Assembly (NCBI GenBank): GCA_031414535.1
Contig: JANNVQ010000010.1
Coordinates: 18,749-82,748 of the forward strand
Length of the DNA stretch: 64,000 nt
Origin: Gemmatimonas sp.
GTDB taxonomy: Bacteria; Gemmatimonadota; Gemmatimonadetes; Gemmatimonadales; Gemmatimonadaceae
Direction: 5' to 3'
The first letter of the stretch is position 1, and each line of letters starts with the position of its first letter. Both the position numbers and the translations under genes were made by a program. Positions 17,330-26,207 of the stretch are shown here, piece after piece. The notes under the pieces are model-generated. The model worked only from the letters and a program-made list of their open reading frames with translations, ran no database searches and was not told where the DNA came from.

Positions 17330-19438
17330 TCAGAACGCGACAATCTCCTCGTACGCCTTCACAAAGTCCGCGATCTGCGGCAGAATCGCGTCCTCAAGGC
17401 TCGGTGCGTACCCAACAAATGTGTCCGTCGAAGCCACGCGCTTCACTGGGGCATCCAACCACGCAAAGCAATCGTCGGCAATGCGCGCCGCAATCTCTGC
17501 ACCCACGCCCCACGAGATCGAATCCTCGTACGCCACAATCACGCGCGAGGTCTTCTTCACCGAGGCGTACACCGTCTCCTTGTCCCACGGCGACAGCGTG
17601 CGCAGATCAATGACTTCGACGCTCAGGCCCTTCTCGTCCTCGACCTGCTTTGCCGCCACCAAGGCGCGCTGCACCGTGGCACCATAGGTCACCAAGGTCA
17701 CGTCTGTGCCTTCCTTCACAATCCTCGCCTTCCCGAAGGGAATCATGAAGTTGGGGCCCGGATACGCGGCCTTGTTGTAGGTCTGGCGATACAGATGCTT
17801 GTGCTCGAGAAAGATCACCGGATCCTCTGAGCGGATGGCCGTGCGGAGCAATCCGTTGGCATCGAGCGCGTTGCTCGGGCACACCACACGCAGGCCCGGG
17901 CAGTGCGTGAACAAGGACGCACCCGTCTGCGAGTGGTAAACGGCACCGCGGATGTAACCGCCGTACGTCGTCCGCACCACCATCGGCGCCGAGAACATGT
18001 TGTTGGAGCGCCAACGCATCGTCGCGAGCTCGTCGCGCAGCTGCATGTAGGCGGTCCAGATGTAGTCAAAGAACTGGATTTCGACCACCGGCTTGAAGCC
18101 GCGTAGGGCCATGCCAATCGCGCGGCCGATGATGTTGGCTTCGGCCAGCGGCGTGTTGAACACGCGCGTGCTGCCGAATTCCTTCTGCAGTCCCCACGTG
18201 ACCTTAAAGACGCCGCCCTTGCCCTTCACCTTGCCGAGGTATTCCTCGCGCGAGACGTCGGCCACGTCCTCACCGAACATCACGATCTTCGGGTCACGCC
18301 GCATCTCGTCCTTCATGCAGACGTTGAGCAGATCCACCATCGTGGTCGGCTCGCCGGAGGACTGCGGATCATCTTCGGTGTCAAACTGCTCGCTGGTCGG
18401 GTCCACGTCCGGCGAAAACACGGCGAAATGAATCGTGCTCGCGTCGGGCTGCGGTTGCACGAGCGCGTCGTCGGTCGCGGCCAACACTTCCGCGTCCACC
18501 GACTCCTGAATCGCTTTGATGTCGGCTTCCGTGCAATAGCCCTCGTCCACCAACCACTTGGGATAGTTCGTGATGGGATCGCGCGCCGCGTCCGCGTTAC
18601 GCTCGGCGTCAGGGCGATACATCACCTCGTCGTCAGAGAGCGAGTGCGAGTACGGGCGAATGACTTTGGCATGCACCAGGGCCGGACCCTTCCGCTTGCG
18701 CGCGTAGTCCACGGCTTTCTGCATCGCGTCGTAGGAGGCCAGGAGGTCGCAGCCGTCCACTTCTTGGATGTAGAGGTCGGGGAAGGCGGATACGAGCTTG
18801 GAGATGCTGCCGCCGGCCGTGCTCACTTCCACGGGCACGGAGATGGCATAGCCGTTGTCTTCCACAAGGTAGACCACCGGCAGCTTGAGATTGGACGCCG
18901 TGTTGAGCGACTCCCAGAACTCGCCCTGAGACGTGGTGCCGTCACCCGTGGAGACGAACACGACTTCGTCGTTCTCAAAACCTTCACTGATGCCGAGGGC
19001 CTTGGCGCGCACCGACGCTTCGGCCGATCCCACGGCCTGCAGGAATTGCGTGCCGGTGGGCGAGGACGTCGAGACGATGTTGAGCTTTTTATGTCCCCAG
19101 TGGGACGGCATCTGGCGGCCGCCTGAGTTGGGATCGATCGCTGCGCCAACCGCCGAGTAGAGCATCTCGGCGGCCGTCATGCCCAACTGCAGGCAGAGGG
19201 CGCGATCGCGGTAGTACATGTAGAACCAGTCGTAGCTGGGCTTAAAAACCATACCAGCGGCCGTCAGCACGGCCTCGTGGCCGGCGCCCGAGATCTGGAA
19301 AAAGATCTTATTCTGCCGCTTGAGCTGGATTTCCTTGTCGTCCAGGCGGCGCGACAAAAACATCGTGCGGTACGCGGCGACGAGTTGGTCCTTCGTGAGG
19401 CCGTGGGTGGACTGACGGGCCTTGGCGGAGGTGGCCAT
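17330..19438 (-). CDS. 2-oxoacid dehydrogenase E1, fused alpha/beta (branched-chain type)
   Basis: GDG..GE..E..N ThDP motif, [30 protein letters not shown]. Confidence 0.92.
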   Translation of the reverse strand: MATSAKARQSTHGLTKDQLVAAYRTMFLSRRLDDKEIQLKRQNKIFFQISGAGHEAVLTAAGMVFKPSYDWFYMYYRDRALCLQLGMTAAEMLYSAVGAAIDPNSGGRQMPSHWGHKKLNIVSTSSPTGTQFLQAVGSAEASVRAKALGISEGFENDEVVFVSTGDGTTSQGEFWESLNTASNLKLPVVYLVEDNGYAISVPVEVSTAGGSISKLVSAFPDLYIQEVDGCDLLASYDAMQKAVDYARKRKGPALVHAKVIRPYSHSLSDDEVMYRPDAERNADAARDPITNYPKWLVDEGYCTEADIKAIQESVDAEVLAATDDALVQPQPDASTIHFAVFSPDVDPTSEQFDTEDDPQSSGEPTTMVDLLNVCMKDEMRRDPKIVMFGEDVADVSREEYLGKVKGKGGVFKVTWGLQKEFGSTRVFNTPLAEANIIGRAIGMALRGFKPVVEIQFFDYIWTAYMQLRDELATMRWRSNNMFSAPMVVRTTYGGYIRGAVYHSQTGASLFTHCPGLRVVCPSNALDANGLLRTAIRSEDPVIFLEHKHLYRQTYNKAAYPGPNFMIPFGKARIVKEGTDVTLVTYGATVQRALVAAKQVEDEKGLSVEVIDLRTLSPWDKETVYASVKKTSRVIVAYEDSISWGVGAEIAARIADDCFAWLDAPVKRVASTDTFVGYAPSLEDAILPQIADFVKAYEEIVAF

Positions 19439-19496
19439 GTTGGGGCTGGGTTAAGGGGAGCTTTCTGCTCGGGTGAATTTAGCACGATTGAGGGGC

Positions 19497-19523
19497 TTTT
19501 GGACGGAAGACGGATGACGGAAG
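19497..19523. repeat. GACGGAW-heptamer element, half copy
   Basis: TTTTGGACGGAAGACGGATGACGGAAG. Confidence 0.85.
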
Positions 19524-19594
19524 AAACAGCACGCGAGGGCACGGCTAGCGCCGCGCCCTCGACCCTAGCGCCAGAGCTGGGGTAGTATTCCCCC

Positions 19595-20491
19595 ATGATG
19601 ATTAGTCACTCGTCCAGCTTCGCTCGTCTTGCCGTGCGTGCACTCGCCTCGGCGCTCGTTGCCGCGCTTTCAGTCGCTACGCCGCTCGCGGCGCAGAACG
19701 CGCCGCAGGCCGCGCCGAGCCCCACCCGCAGCGGTCCGATTACCGAAGTGTTGGTGCTCGATCGCCGCTCGCAGCCCATTCCTTTCGCGCTCGTGAGCGT
19801 CGGGAACTCACCGCCTCGCGTGGCCGACGCATTGGGCGTGGCGCAGTTGCCGGTTCCGTTGGACGCCGACTCGGCGGACATCGTGGTGCGCCGCATCGGC
19901 TACCACCCATTTGGCCAATTCGCCAAGCTGAGCGAAGACGGCAAGCAGTACGTGGCCTACCTCAATGATCTGCCACGAGCCCTCAACCCGACGACCGTCA
20001 CGGCGCGACGCGACACGCCGCTGGCTCGCCGCGGCTTCTACGATCGCATGGAACGCGTGGCCCGCGGAGCCACTGTCGCCCGCTTCATCACGCCTGAGGA
20101 ACTGGAGATCCGAAATCCGATCACTGTGTCGGCCATGCTCGCGGGTGAGCCCTACATCCGCATCCAGCGTAGCGGTGCCAAGTCCATTCTCACGGGCCGG
20201 CAGCCTGGCTGCCCGGTAGCGGTGATCCTCGACGGACAGCGTATGACGGGCATGGTGGAGGAGCTGTACACGATTGATGGGCAGGACGAGGTGCGTCGCC
20301 TCGGTGGCGGGACCGCGGGTACCCAGCGCTTTCTGGCAAGCCGGACGAGCGTGGATGAACTCATCGGCGCGTTGTCCGTATCGGCAATGGAGATCTACGC
20401 CTCGGCGGCCGGTGCACCCTCTGACATGCAACGCACGGCAGGCAGCAGCGCCTGCGCCATTTTGGTGATTTGGAGCGGCGGCCGGCAGTAA
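19595..20491 (+). CDS. Secreted protein with carboxypeptidase-regulatory-like and TonB-plug-like domains
   Basis: Signal peptide; VRRIGY; GFYDR; C..LDG; MEIY..C.I.VIW. Confidence 0.65.
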   Translation: MMISHSSSFARLAVRALASALVAALSVATPLAAQNAPQAAPSPTRSGPITEVLVLDRRSQPIPFALVSVGNSPPRVADALGVAQLPVPLDADSADIVVRRIGYHPFGQFAKLSEDGKQYVAYLNDLPRALNPTTVTARRDTPLARRGFYDRMERVARGATVARFITPEELEIRNPITVSAMLAGEPYIRIQRSGAKSILTGRQPGCPVAVILDGQRMTGMVEELYTIDGQDEVRRLGGGTAGTQRFLASRTSVDELIGALSVSAMEIYASAAGAPSDMQRTAGSSACAILVIWSGGRQ

Positions 20492-20571
20492 GAGTTTTGT
20501 GTCACAAATCTGCGACTTTCACGATTTCCCTTGCGCGGAATCACGTGACCCCACAATCGTAGTATCGTCTC

Positions 20572-20765
20572 ACTCACACAGGACCGTGGTTCGGATTCAC
20601 TAACCACACGGTCCGCGACGGGAGGCCTGTGACCGTAACGTACGGACAGCCGTTCCAGCCGCAGTGGCCACGGTCGCTCACCGCGACCGTGAGCTGGAGT
20701 CTCCCCCATTCTGAACGCACCCCGCCCGGGCCCGATGGCCTGGCGCGGGGTGTCGTCATTTCCGG
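20572..20765 (+). ncRNA. Candidate structured RNA / 5' leader of the HNH gene
   Basis: Six stems read by eye (see findings); TAGTAT -10-like box at 20560-20565. Confidence 0.55.
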
Positions 20766-20774
20766 CGAGGTACG

Positions 20775-21179
20775 ATGTCACATAGGGGCGTCCACCACAT
20801 CGCTCTCGCCCGCGCCACGCGCGGGCTATCCCGCCACGCTCGCCGAGTGCTGCACCAGCAGCACAAGCGTCAGGTCAAGCGTGAGACCTTCAGGGATTGC
20901 GGACGCCGTTGTGTCTACTGCGCCACCGGACTTGGATTGGAGAATGCCACTCTGGATCACGTGATTCCGCTCTCACGCGGCGGCACGCACCAGCCGGGCA
21001 ACCTCGTGGCGGCATGTCAGACCTGCAATCAGCGCAAAGGCTCGCTGCTCCCCACAGAATTCTTCGCCCGGTATCCGGCGGCCGGGCAGAACTTCATGCG
21101 GTATGCGCGGGCGGTGCATCGGCAGCTGAAGCGGGGCGCTCGACGGGCGGTGTCTTTGCACTACGCGCAGGCGGCGTAA
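20775..21179 (+). CDS. HNH endonuclease (McrA-like, Zn-binding)
   Basis: CVYC..TLDHVIP.SRGG..NLVAACQTCNQRK; GAGG upstream. Confidence 0.92.
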   Translation: MSHRGVHHIALARATRGLSRHARRVLHQQHKRQVKRETFRDCGRRCVYCATGLGLENATLDHVIPLSRGGTHQPGNLVAACQTCNQRKGSLLPTEFFARYPAAGQNFMRYARAVHRQLKRGARRAVSLHYAQAA

Positions 21180-21186
21180 GCTGACT

Positions 21187-21252
21187 GGACGGATGACGGA
21201 TGACGGATGCTACTGCGCATTGGCCGTAGCGTCCGTCATCCGTCTTCCGTCC
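21187..21252. repeat. GACGGAW-heptamer palindromic element, full copy
   Basis: 27-bp arms with 2 mismatches and a 12-nt loop, between convergent genes. Confidence 0.95.
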
Positions 21253-21257
21253 ATAAT

Positions 21258-22094
21258 TCAGCGCGAAAGCGCCTCGCGATGCAGCATGACCTTCTTGCGC
21301 TCGATGCCCCAGGCGTAGCCGCCCAACTCGCCACTCGCTCTGATCACGCGATGGCAGGGAATCAGATAACTCACCGGATTGCCGCCCACCGCTGTTCCTA
21401 CCGCGCGTGAGGCCTTGGGGTCGCCGACCTTGCTGGCGATGGCGCCATACGTCGTGACTTCGCCGGCCGGGATTTCTAGTAGCGCGCGCCAAACCCTCAA
21501 CTGAAAGTTCGTGCCCTTCACGTGCAGCGAGAGTGACGGAATCTTGTTGCTGCCCGGAGGAGGGAAGGCCTTTGCCGCGGCGGCGCGCGTGGCATTCTGA
21601 TCAGGCAGCAGATTCGCCAAAGGCCAATCGTGCTCAAGTCGCGCCATCGCTTCCTTGCGCGTCACTGGTGCCACGAAGGCCAAGTGGCAGACGCCGCGCG
21701 GCGTCACGGCAATCAAACATTCCCCGAATGGCGTGGGATGAAATCCATAGCGCACCGTGATGCCCAAGCCGCCGCGCTGCAACTCACCTGGCGTCACAGC
21801 TTCGGCGTTCACGATTAGATCGTGCAGTCGCCCAGGTCCCGAAAGCCCGGCCTCATACGTCGCCGCCAACACCGGCCGACGCTCTCGCAGCAACTGCTTC
21901 ACCACCTCGGCCGTGCGATGCTGCACGAAACGCTTGGGCGAAATCCCCGCCCAGCGCGTGAACATCCGCTGAAAGTGCGACTCGCTGAGCCCCACGTGCT
22001 CGGCGACAGCCTTGAGGGATGGTGCAGCGGCGCGCTCGCGATCCAGGTAGCGGATGGCCCGCTCGATTCGCGAATAGTCTGACGTGGCTTCCAT
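21258..22094 (-). CDS. AraC-HTH / O6-methylguanine-DNA methyltransferase fusion (Ada-like, without the N-terminal Zn domain)
   Basis: HFQRMF..WAGISPKRF; GTNFQLRVW; RAVG; IPCHRV. Confidence 0.9.
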   Translation of the reverse strand: MEATSDYSRIERAIRYLDRERAAAPSLKAVAEHVGLSESHFQRMFTRWAGISPKRFVQHRTAEVVKQLLRERRPVLAATYEAGLSGPGRLHDLIVNAEAVTPGELQRGGLGITVRYGFHPTPFGECLIAVTPRGVCHLAFVAPVTRKEAMARLEHDWPLANLLPDQNATRAAAAKAFPPPGSNKIPSLSLHVKGTNFQLRVWRALLEIPAGEVTTYGAIASKVGDPKASRAVGTAVGGNPVSYLIPCHRVIRASGELGGYAWGIERKKVMLHREALSR

Positions 22095-22170
22095 CGAAAT
22101 CTCCGGTGTGGTTCGATGGACGATGGCAGGATTCAAGGGTTGGAGCGACCCGATACTTGCGGTGAGTGAA

Positions 22171-22239
22171 TGGACGGATGACGGATGACGGATGCTACTG
22201 CACTGCTGCCGTTGGCATCCGTCATCCGTCTTCCGTCCA
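22171..22239. repeat. GACGGAW-heptamer palindromic element, full copy
   Basis: TGGACGGATGACGGATGACGGATGCTA ... TGGCATCCGTCATCCGTCTTCCGTCCA. Confidence 0.95.
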
Positions 22240-22246
22240 GTTCCTA

Positions 22247-24088
22247 CTAGTAGTCCACTGGCCGCAAATAACTCTCTCCGATGGCGGCCCCAGAGAGCAT
22301 CGCCACAGTCGGCAGCTTGCGCTTCCAGTGCGTGGAGTCCAAGCGCTTGGTCACCAGCTTGAGCGCTTCCGCGTCCACGCCCTTCGCGATCAACTCTTCG
22401 CGGCTCCAGCCGTGGAGCAGCCAGTTGAGTATCTCATCGGCCACGGCGTAGCTCACACCGAAATCCGCTTCGTCCGTCTGGCCCGCCACGAGATCGGCGC
22501 TCGCGGGCTTCTTCACAATCTCAGCCGGCACGCCGAGGTAGCTGGCCAACTGCCAGACCTGCGTCTTGAACAGATCGCCAATCGCGTTCACTGGCGGTGA
22601 ATCGTCGGCGTGCCACGTGAAGTAGCCCAGCAAGCGCTCGCTCTTGTTGCCCGTACCCAGCGGCAGCGCACGATACTTCGCGGAGAGATCGAACAGCGAA
22701 ATCATCCGCACGCGCGCCATCACGTTGCCGCGCCGAGCGGCATCGGCCTCGGGTTCGTTGGCGAGGTAGCCATCCACGGCGGCAGAGATGTCTAGCGTGC
22801 GCTGCTCGATGCCGAGCTGGTCCATGAGGAGCTGGGCGTGGGCAAGTGAATCAGGGCTCGACGTGCGATACGGCAAGCGCACACCAATCACGTTCTCCTT
22901 GCCGAGCGCGCGTGCCGCGAGGGCCGCGACCACGGCGGAATCCACACCACCCGAGAGACCGACCACGGCCTTCGTAAAGCCGCGCCGCTGAAACTCATCG
23001 CGCAAGAAGGCAACGAGCCACTGCTCCACGAGCCGCGCGTCAATGTCCAGCGACGGAGGTGTGCCGTGACCTTGCGTGCCCGCTTGAACCACAGGCAGCG
23101 CGGTGATCGCCGCGAGAGGAACGCTGCGGGGGACAACAGGACGGAGGACGGATGACGGAAGCACGGGGCTTGTTGCATCCGTCATCCGTCTTCCGTCCAG
23201 TCCAAGCACCCTTTCCAGCTCCCCACGCAAGAACGGAAGCGCAGACCGCAAATCACTCAAAAGAGGAAGCTCCGCTCTCACCCGGCTGATATCTCCAAGC
23301 TCGATGCTCGTCGTGACCAGCGCTTCCTCAAAGATCGGAGCGCGCACGCGCACATCACCGCGCGGGCCCACGACCATCGAGCCGCCCTGGAACATGCGCC
23401 CGCCTTCGCTACCCACGAGATTCGCGAGCACGCAGTACACGCCGTGCTCGTCGGCGATGTCGCGCACGAGACGCTCCCAGCGGCCCACCGAGCCTGGTTG
23501 CGAGCCATCCTCGCGCGGATTGATGCCACGGGCCGGCGCCGCCGCCACCACGCACACGACCTGCGCGCCATCAAGCGCGGCAATCGTACCGGTGAGCGAG
23601 TGCCAAGCATCTTCGCAGATGAGAATCGCCGCGCGGCCCCAGCTCGTATCAAAAGCCTGTACGCCGTAACCACGCTCCACGAAGCGCTCTTCGTCAAACA
23701 GCGAATACGTGGGCAGGAAGTTCTTGCGATGCAGGTGCAGCACGCGCGCCGCCTTGCCGCCGCCGAACGCGATGCAGGCCGCCGAGTTGTGCAGCGTGCC
23801 GTTCTCCGCCTGCTCGTAGAAGCCGAGGATCACGTCCAGCGCGGGAAGCGCCGGTGCCAGCGAGGCCAGGCGCGCATCCAATTCCGCGGCGAGCCGCTCG
23901 GCGCTCAACGAAAGCTCCCGCACCCCGCCTTCCACGAAGTAGCCCGAGGTCACCGTCTCGGCGAACACCACGAGTTGGGGCTGCGGCTCCAACGCCGCCG
24001 ACTGCGCCACCAAGGCCGCGATGCGGTCAAGGTTGGCGCTGAGGGCGGCTTTCTGGGGGCGGAACTGAACTAAGGCGAGGGTCAGCAC
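22247..24088 (-). CDS. nadE: Glutamine-dependent NAD+ synthetase (nitrilase domain + synthetase domain)
   Basis: E-K-C triad (FAE, HRK, ICED); GLSGGVDS, GNVMARVRM, GTGNKSE, DLFKTQV; GTG start at 24088. Confidence 0.92.
   Translation of the reverse strand: MLTLALVQFRPQKAALSANLDRIAALVAQSAALEPQPQLVVFAETVTSGYFVEGGVRELSLSAERLAAELDARLASLAPALPALDVILGFYEQAENGTLHNSAACIAFGGGKAARVLHLHRKNFLPTYSLFDEERFVERGYGVQAFDTSWGRAAILICEDAWHSLTGTIAALDGAQVVCVVAAAPARGINPREDGSQPGSVGRWERLVRDIADEHGVYCVLANLVGSEGGRMFQGGSMVVGPRGDVRVRAPIFEEALVTTSIELGDISRVRAELPLLSDLRSALPFLRGELERVLGLDGRRMTDATSPVLPSSVLRPVVPRSVPLAAITALPVVQAGTQGHGTPPSLDIDARLVEQWLVAFLRDEFQRRGFTKAVVGLSGGVDSAVVAALAARALGKENVIGVRLPYRTSSPDSLAHAQLLMDQLGIEQRTLDISAAVDGYLANEPEADAARRGNVMARVRMISLFDLSAKYRALPLGTGNKSERLLGYFTWHADDSPPVNAIGDLFKTQVWQLASYLGVPAEIVKKPASADLVAGQTDEADFGVSYAVADEILNWLLHGWSREELIAKGVDAEALKLVTKRLDSTHWKRKLPTVAMLSGAAIGESYLRPVDY
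23139..23198. repeat. GACGGAW-heptamer palindromic element inside nadE, in frame
   Basis: 24-nt arms + 12-nt loop = 60 nt in the interdomain linker. Confidence 0.92.
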
Positions 24089-24105
24089 GGTATAGAAAAG
24101 TACTT

Positions 24106-24227
24106 GGACGGAAGACGAAAGACGGAAGGGGTGGCGGGGGACAGACCGGCGCCGGGGCGCACCTTCGGAGCGCAATCAGGGTAAAATCCCCCTGTGCATC
24201 GCTCCTTCCGTCTTTCGTCTTCCGTCC
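24106..24227. repeat. Heptamer element variant: perfect 24-bp inverted repeat with long spacer
   Basis: 24106-24129 GGACGGAAGACGAAAGACGGAAGG is the exact reverse complement of 24204-24227. Confidence 0.9.
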
Positions 24228-26203
24228 TGCTCCTCGCACTCGGCTCCCAGCTGGCCGCGCAGGAGCCCGCCCAAGTTGAGCCCTGGCGGATCATCGTCCC
24301 AGCCCAGTCGAGTCTCGTGCTCGCCCGAGACGGCTCGCTGGTGGGCGAGATTGGCCGTGAGTGGCGCACCTCCATCTCCATCGCAAACCTGCCGCGCTAC
24401 GTGCCCGCGGCCTTCGTGGCGGTGGAGGACCGGCGCTTCTACCAACACGATGGTGTGGACGTCGTGGGCATCGCCGCGGCCATCCGCGACAACATCCTCG
24501 GCGCGAGCCGTGGGGCGAGTACCATCACGCAGCAACTGGTGGGCAACATGCATCCCACCATCATCAACCGCGCCGACCGCACGCTCTCGCGCAAAGTGCG
24601 CGAGCAGCGCGCCGCGCGAGAGATGGAACGCCACTACACCAAGAACGAGATCCTCGAGGCATACCTCAACCAGATCCACTTCGGGCGGAACTGGTACGGC
24701 ATTGATGCCGCGGCACGCCACTTCTTCGGCAAGAGCGCCGCGGAGCTGAGTATCGCCGAAGCGGCCTCGCTCGCGGCGTTGCCTAAGGGGCCGGCCATTT
24801 ACGATCCCATCCGGCATCCGGACCGCAACAAAAATCGTCGCGATGCCATTCTCGGCTTGATGGCGGAGCAGAACTACATCACGCGCGAGCAGGCGGCGGC
24901 GGCTCGCGCCGAGCCCGTGCGGGTGTCGCCCAACGCTGGGATGTCGGTAGCGGCACCGTATTTCGTGGATGCGGCGCGACAGGCGGCGGAGCGCGCTGGC
25001 ATCCCGGTGCGAAACGGCGGCTACCGCATCACCACGACCATTGACCCGGCGCTGCAGCGCGCCGCCAACTCCGCGCTGCTCGAAGGCATTCAGGGCATCG
25101 AGGCGCAACGCGGGTATCGCCATAGCACGCCGACCACCGCGCCGCGCGGCTCCACGGAATTCCTCCAAGGCGCCATCGTCGCCATTGACCCCGCCACCGG
25201 CGATGTGCGGGCGCTCGTCGGGGGCCGCGACTTCGCCACCGCGCCGTTTAATCGCGCCACGAACGGTCTGCGTCAGCCGGGCTCAACGTTCAAGCCGATT
25301 GTGTATGCGCGCGCGTTGATGGATTCGCTGCCGCCCAACACCATCACGCCTGACACCGCGATCACCATCAAGTACGAGGCGCAAGAGTACTCACCAAAGA
25401 ATGCCGATGGCGAGTTCCTCGGTGCCATCACCATGCGCACCGCGTTGGCGCGCTCGCGCAATCCCGTGGCGGTCATGCTCTGGCAGCGCGAAGGTGCGGA
25501 TTCGGTGATTGCGCTGGCGCAGCGGATGGGAATCAATTCGCCCATCGCCCCGTATCCCTCGAGCGCCATTGGGGCATCGGCGGTGCGACCGATCGAGTTG
25601 GTGGGGGCGTTCACAGCATTCGCCAATTTAGGTCGCGCCACCGAGCCGCGGCTCGTGCTCCGAGTGCAGGACGCGGTGGGGAGAACGGTCTGGGGTCAGG
25701 GCACTCGGGTGCTCGCGCCGGCGATGGATTCGGCCGTGGCCTATGTGGCGTTGCAAATGATGCGCGAGGCCGTGGACGGGGGAACGGGCAACGCCGTGCG
25801 CCGCTTCGTCACGCCGGACGTGCAGGTGGCGGGCAAAACGGGCACCACGGACGACAACACCGACGTGTGGTTTGTGGGGATGACGCCGAATCTCGTCGCT
25901 GGCGTGTGGTTGGGCTTTGATCGGCCACGCACCATCACGCCGGGTGCGGCGGGCGGCGCGTTGGCCGCACCGATCTTCGGGACCATGCTGGCCCGTTGGG
26001 GTGGCGCGAGCAAAGATGCCTGGTTGCAACCCACCACCGTCGTGACGACGGAGATGGACCGCCTGACGGGAGACCTCGCTGAGCCCTGGACACCCGCCGA
26101 ACGCCGTTACGTGGAGAGCTTCTTGGCGGGTACTGAACCGGGAGCGCTGCGCGTGGACGCGCGGCGGCTGTTCCTGACCTACGGGCCTCTGCCTATCTTC
26201 TAA
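24194..26203 (+). CDS. Class A penicillin-binding protein (PBP1A family)
   Basis: EDRRFYQHDG, GASTITQQL, RKVRE; SxxK (STFK), SRN, KTG. Confidence 0.93.
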   Translation: MHRSFRLSSSVLLLALGSQLAAQEPAQVEPWRIIVPAQSSLVLARDGSLVGEIGREWRTSISIANLPRYVPAAFVAVEDRRFYQHDGVDVVGIAAAIRDNILGASRGASTITQQLVGNMHPTIINRADRTLSRKVREQRAAREMERHYTKNEILEAYLNQIHFGRNWYGIDAAARHFFGKSAAELSIAEAASLAALPKGPAIYDPIRHPDRNKNRRDAILGLMAEQNYITREQAAAARAEPVRVSPNAGMSVAAPYFVDAARQAAERAGIPVRNGGYRITTTIDPALQRAANSALLEGIQGIEAQRGYRHSTPTTAPRGSTEFLQGAIVAIDPATGDVRALVGGRDFATAPFNRATNGLRQPGSTFKPIVYARALMDSLPPNTITPDTAITIKYEAQEYSPKNADGEFLGAITMRTALARSRNPVAVMLWQREGADSVIALAQRMGINSPIAPYPSSAIGASAVRPIELVGAFTAFANLGRATEPRLVLRVQDAVGRTVWGQGTRVLAPAMDSAVAYVALQMMREAVDGGTGNAVRRFVTPDVQVAGKTGTTDDNTDVWFVGMTPNLVAGVWLGFDRPRTITPGAAGGALAAPIFGTMLARWGGASKDAWLQPTTVVTTEMDRLTGDLAEPWTPAERRYVESFLAGTEPGALRVDARRLFLTYGPLPIF

Positions 26204-26207
26204 CACT

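Noticed and set aside
20629..20964. ORF starting at GTG 20629 after GGGAGG as a real gene or leader peptide
   Set aside because: SD spacing is only 3 nt, it overlaps the HNH gene out of frame and has no recognisable features; a uORF role is not fully excluded.
20572..21179. IscB/HEARO (OMEGA) or group I intron homing endonuclease
   Set aside because: The protein is 134 aa with no RuvC or PLMP motifs; no IS ends or interrupted host gene are visible.
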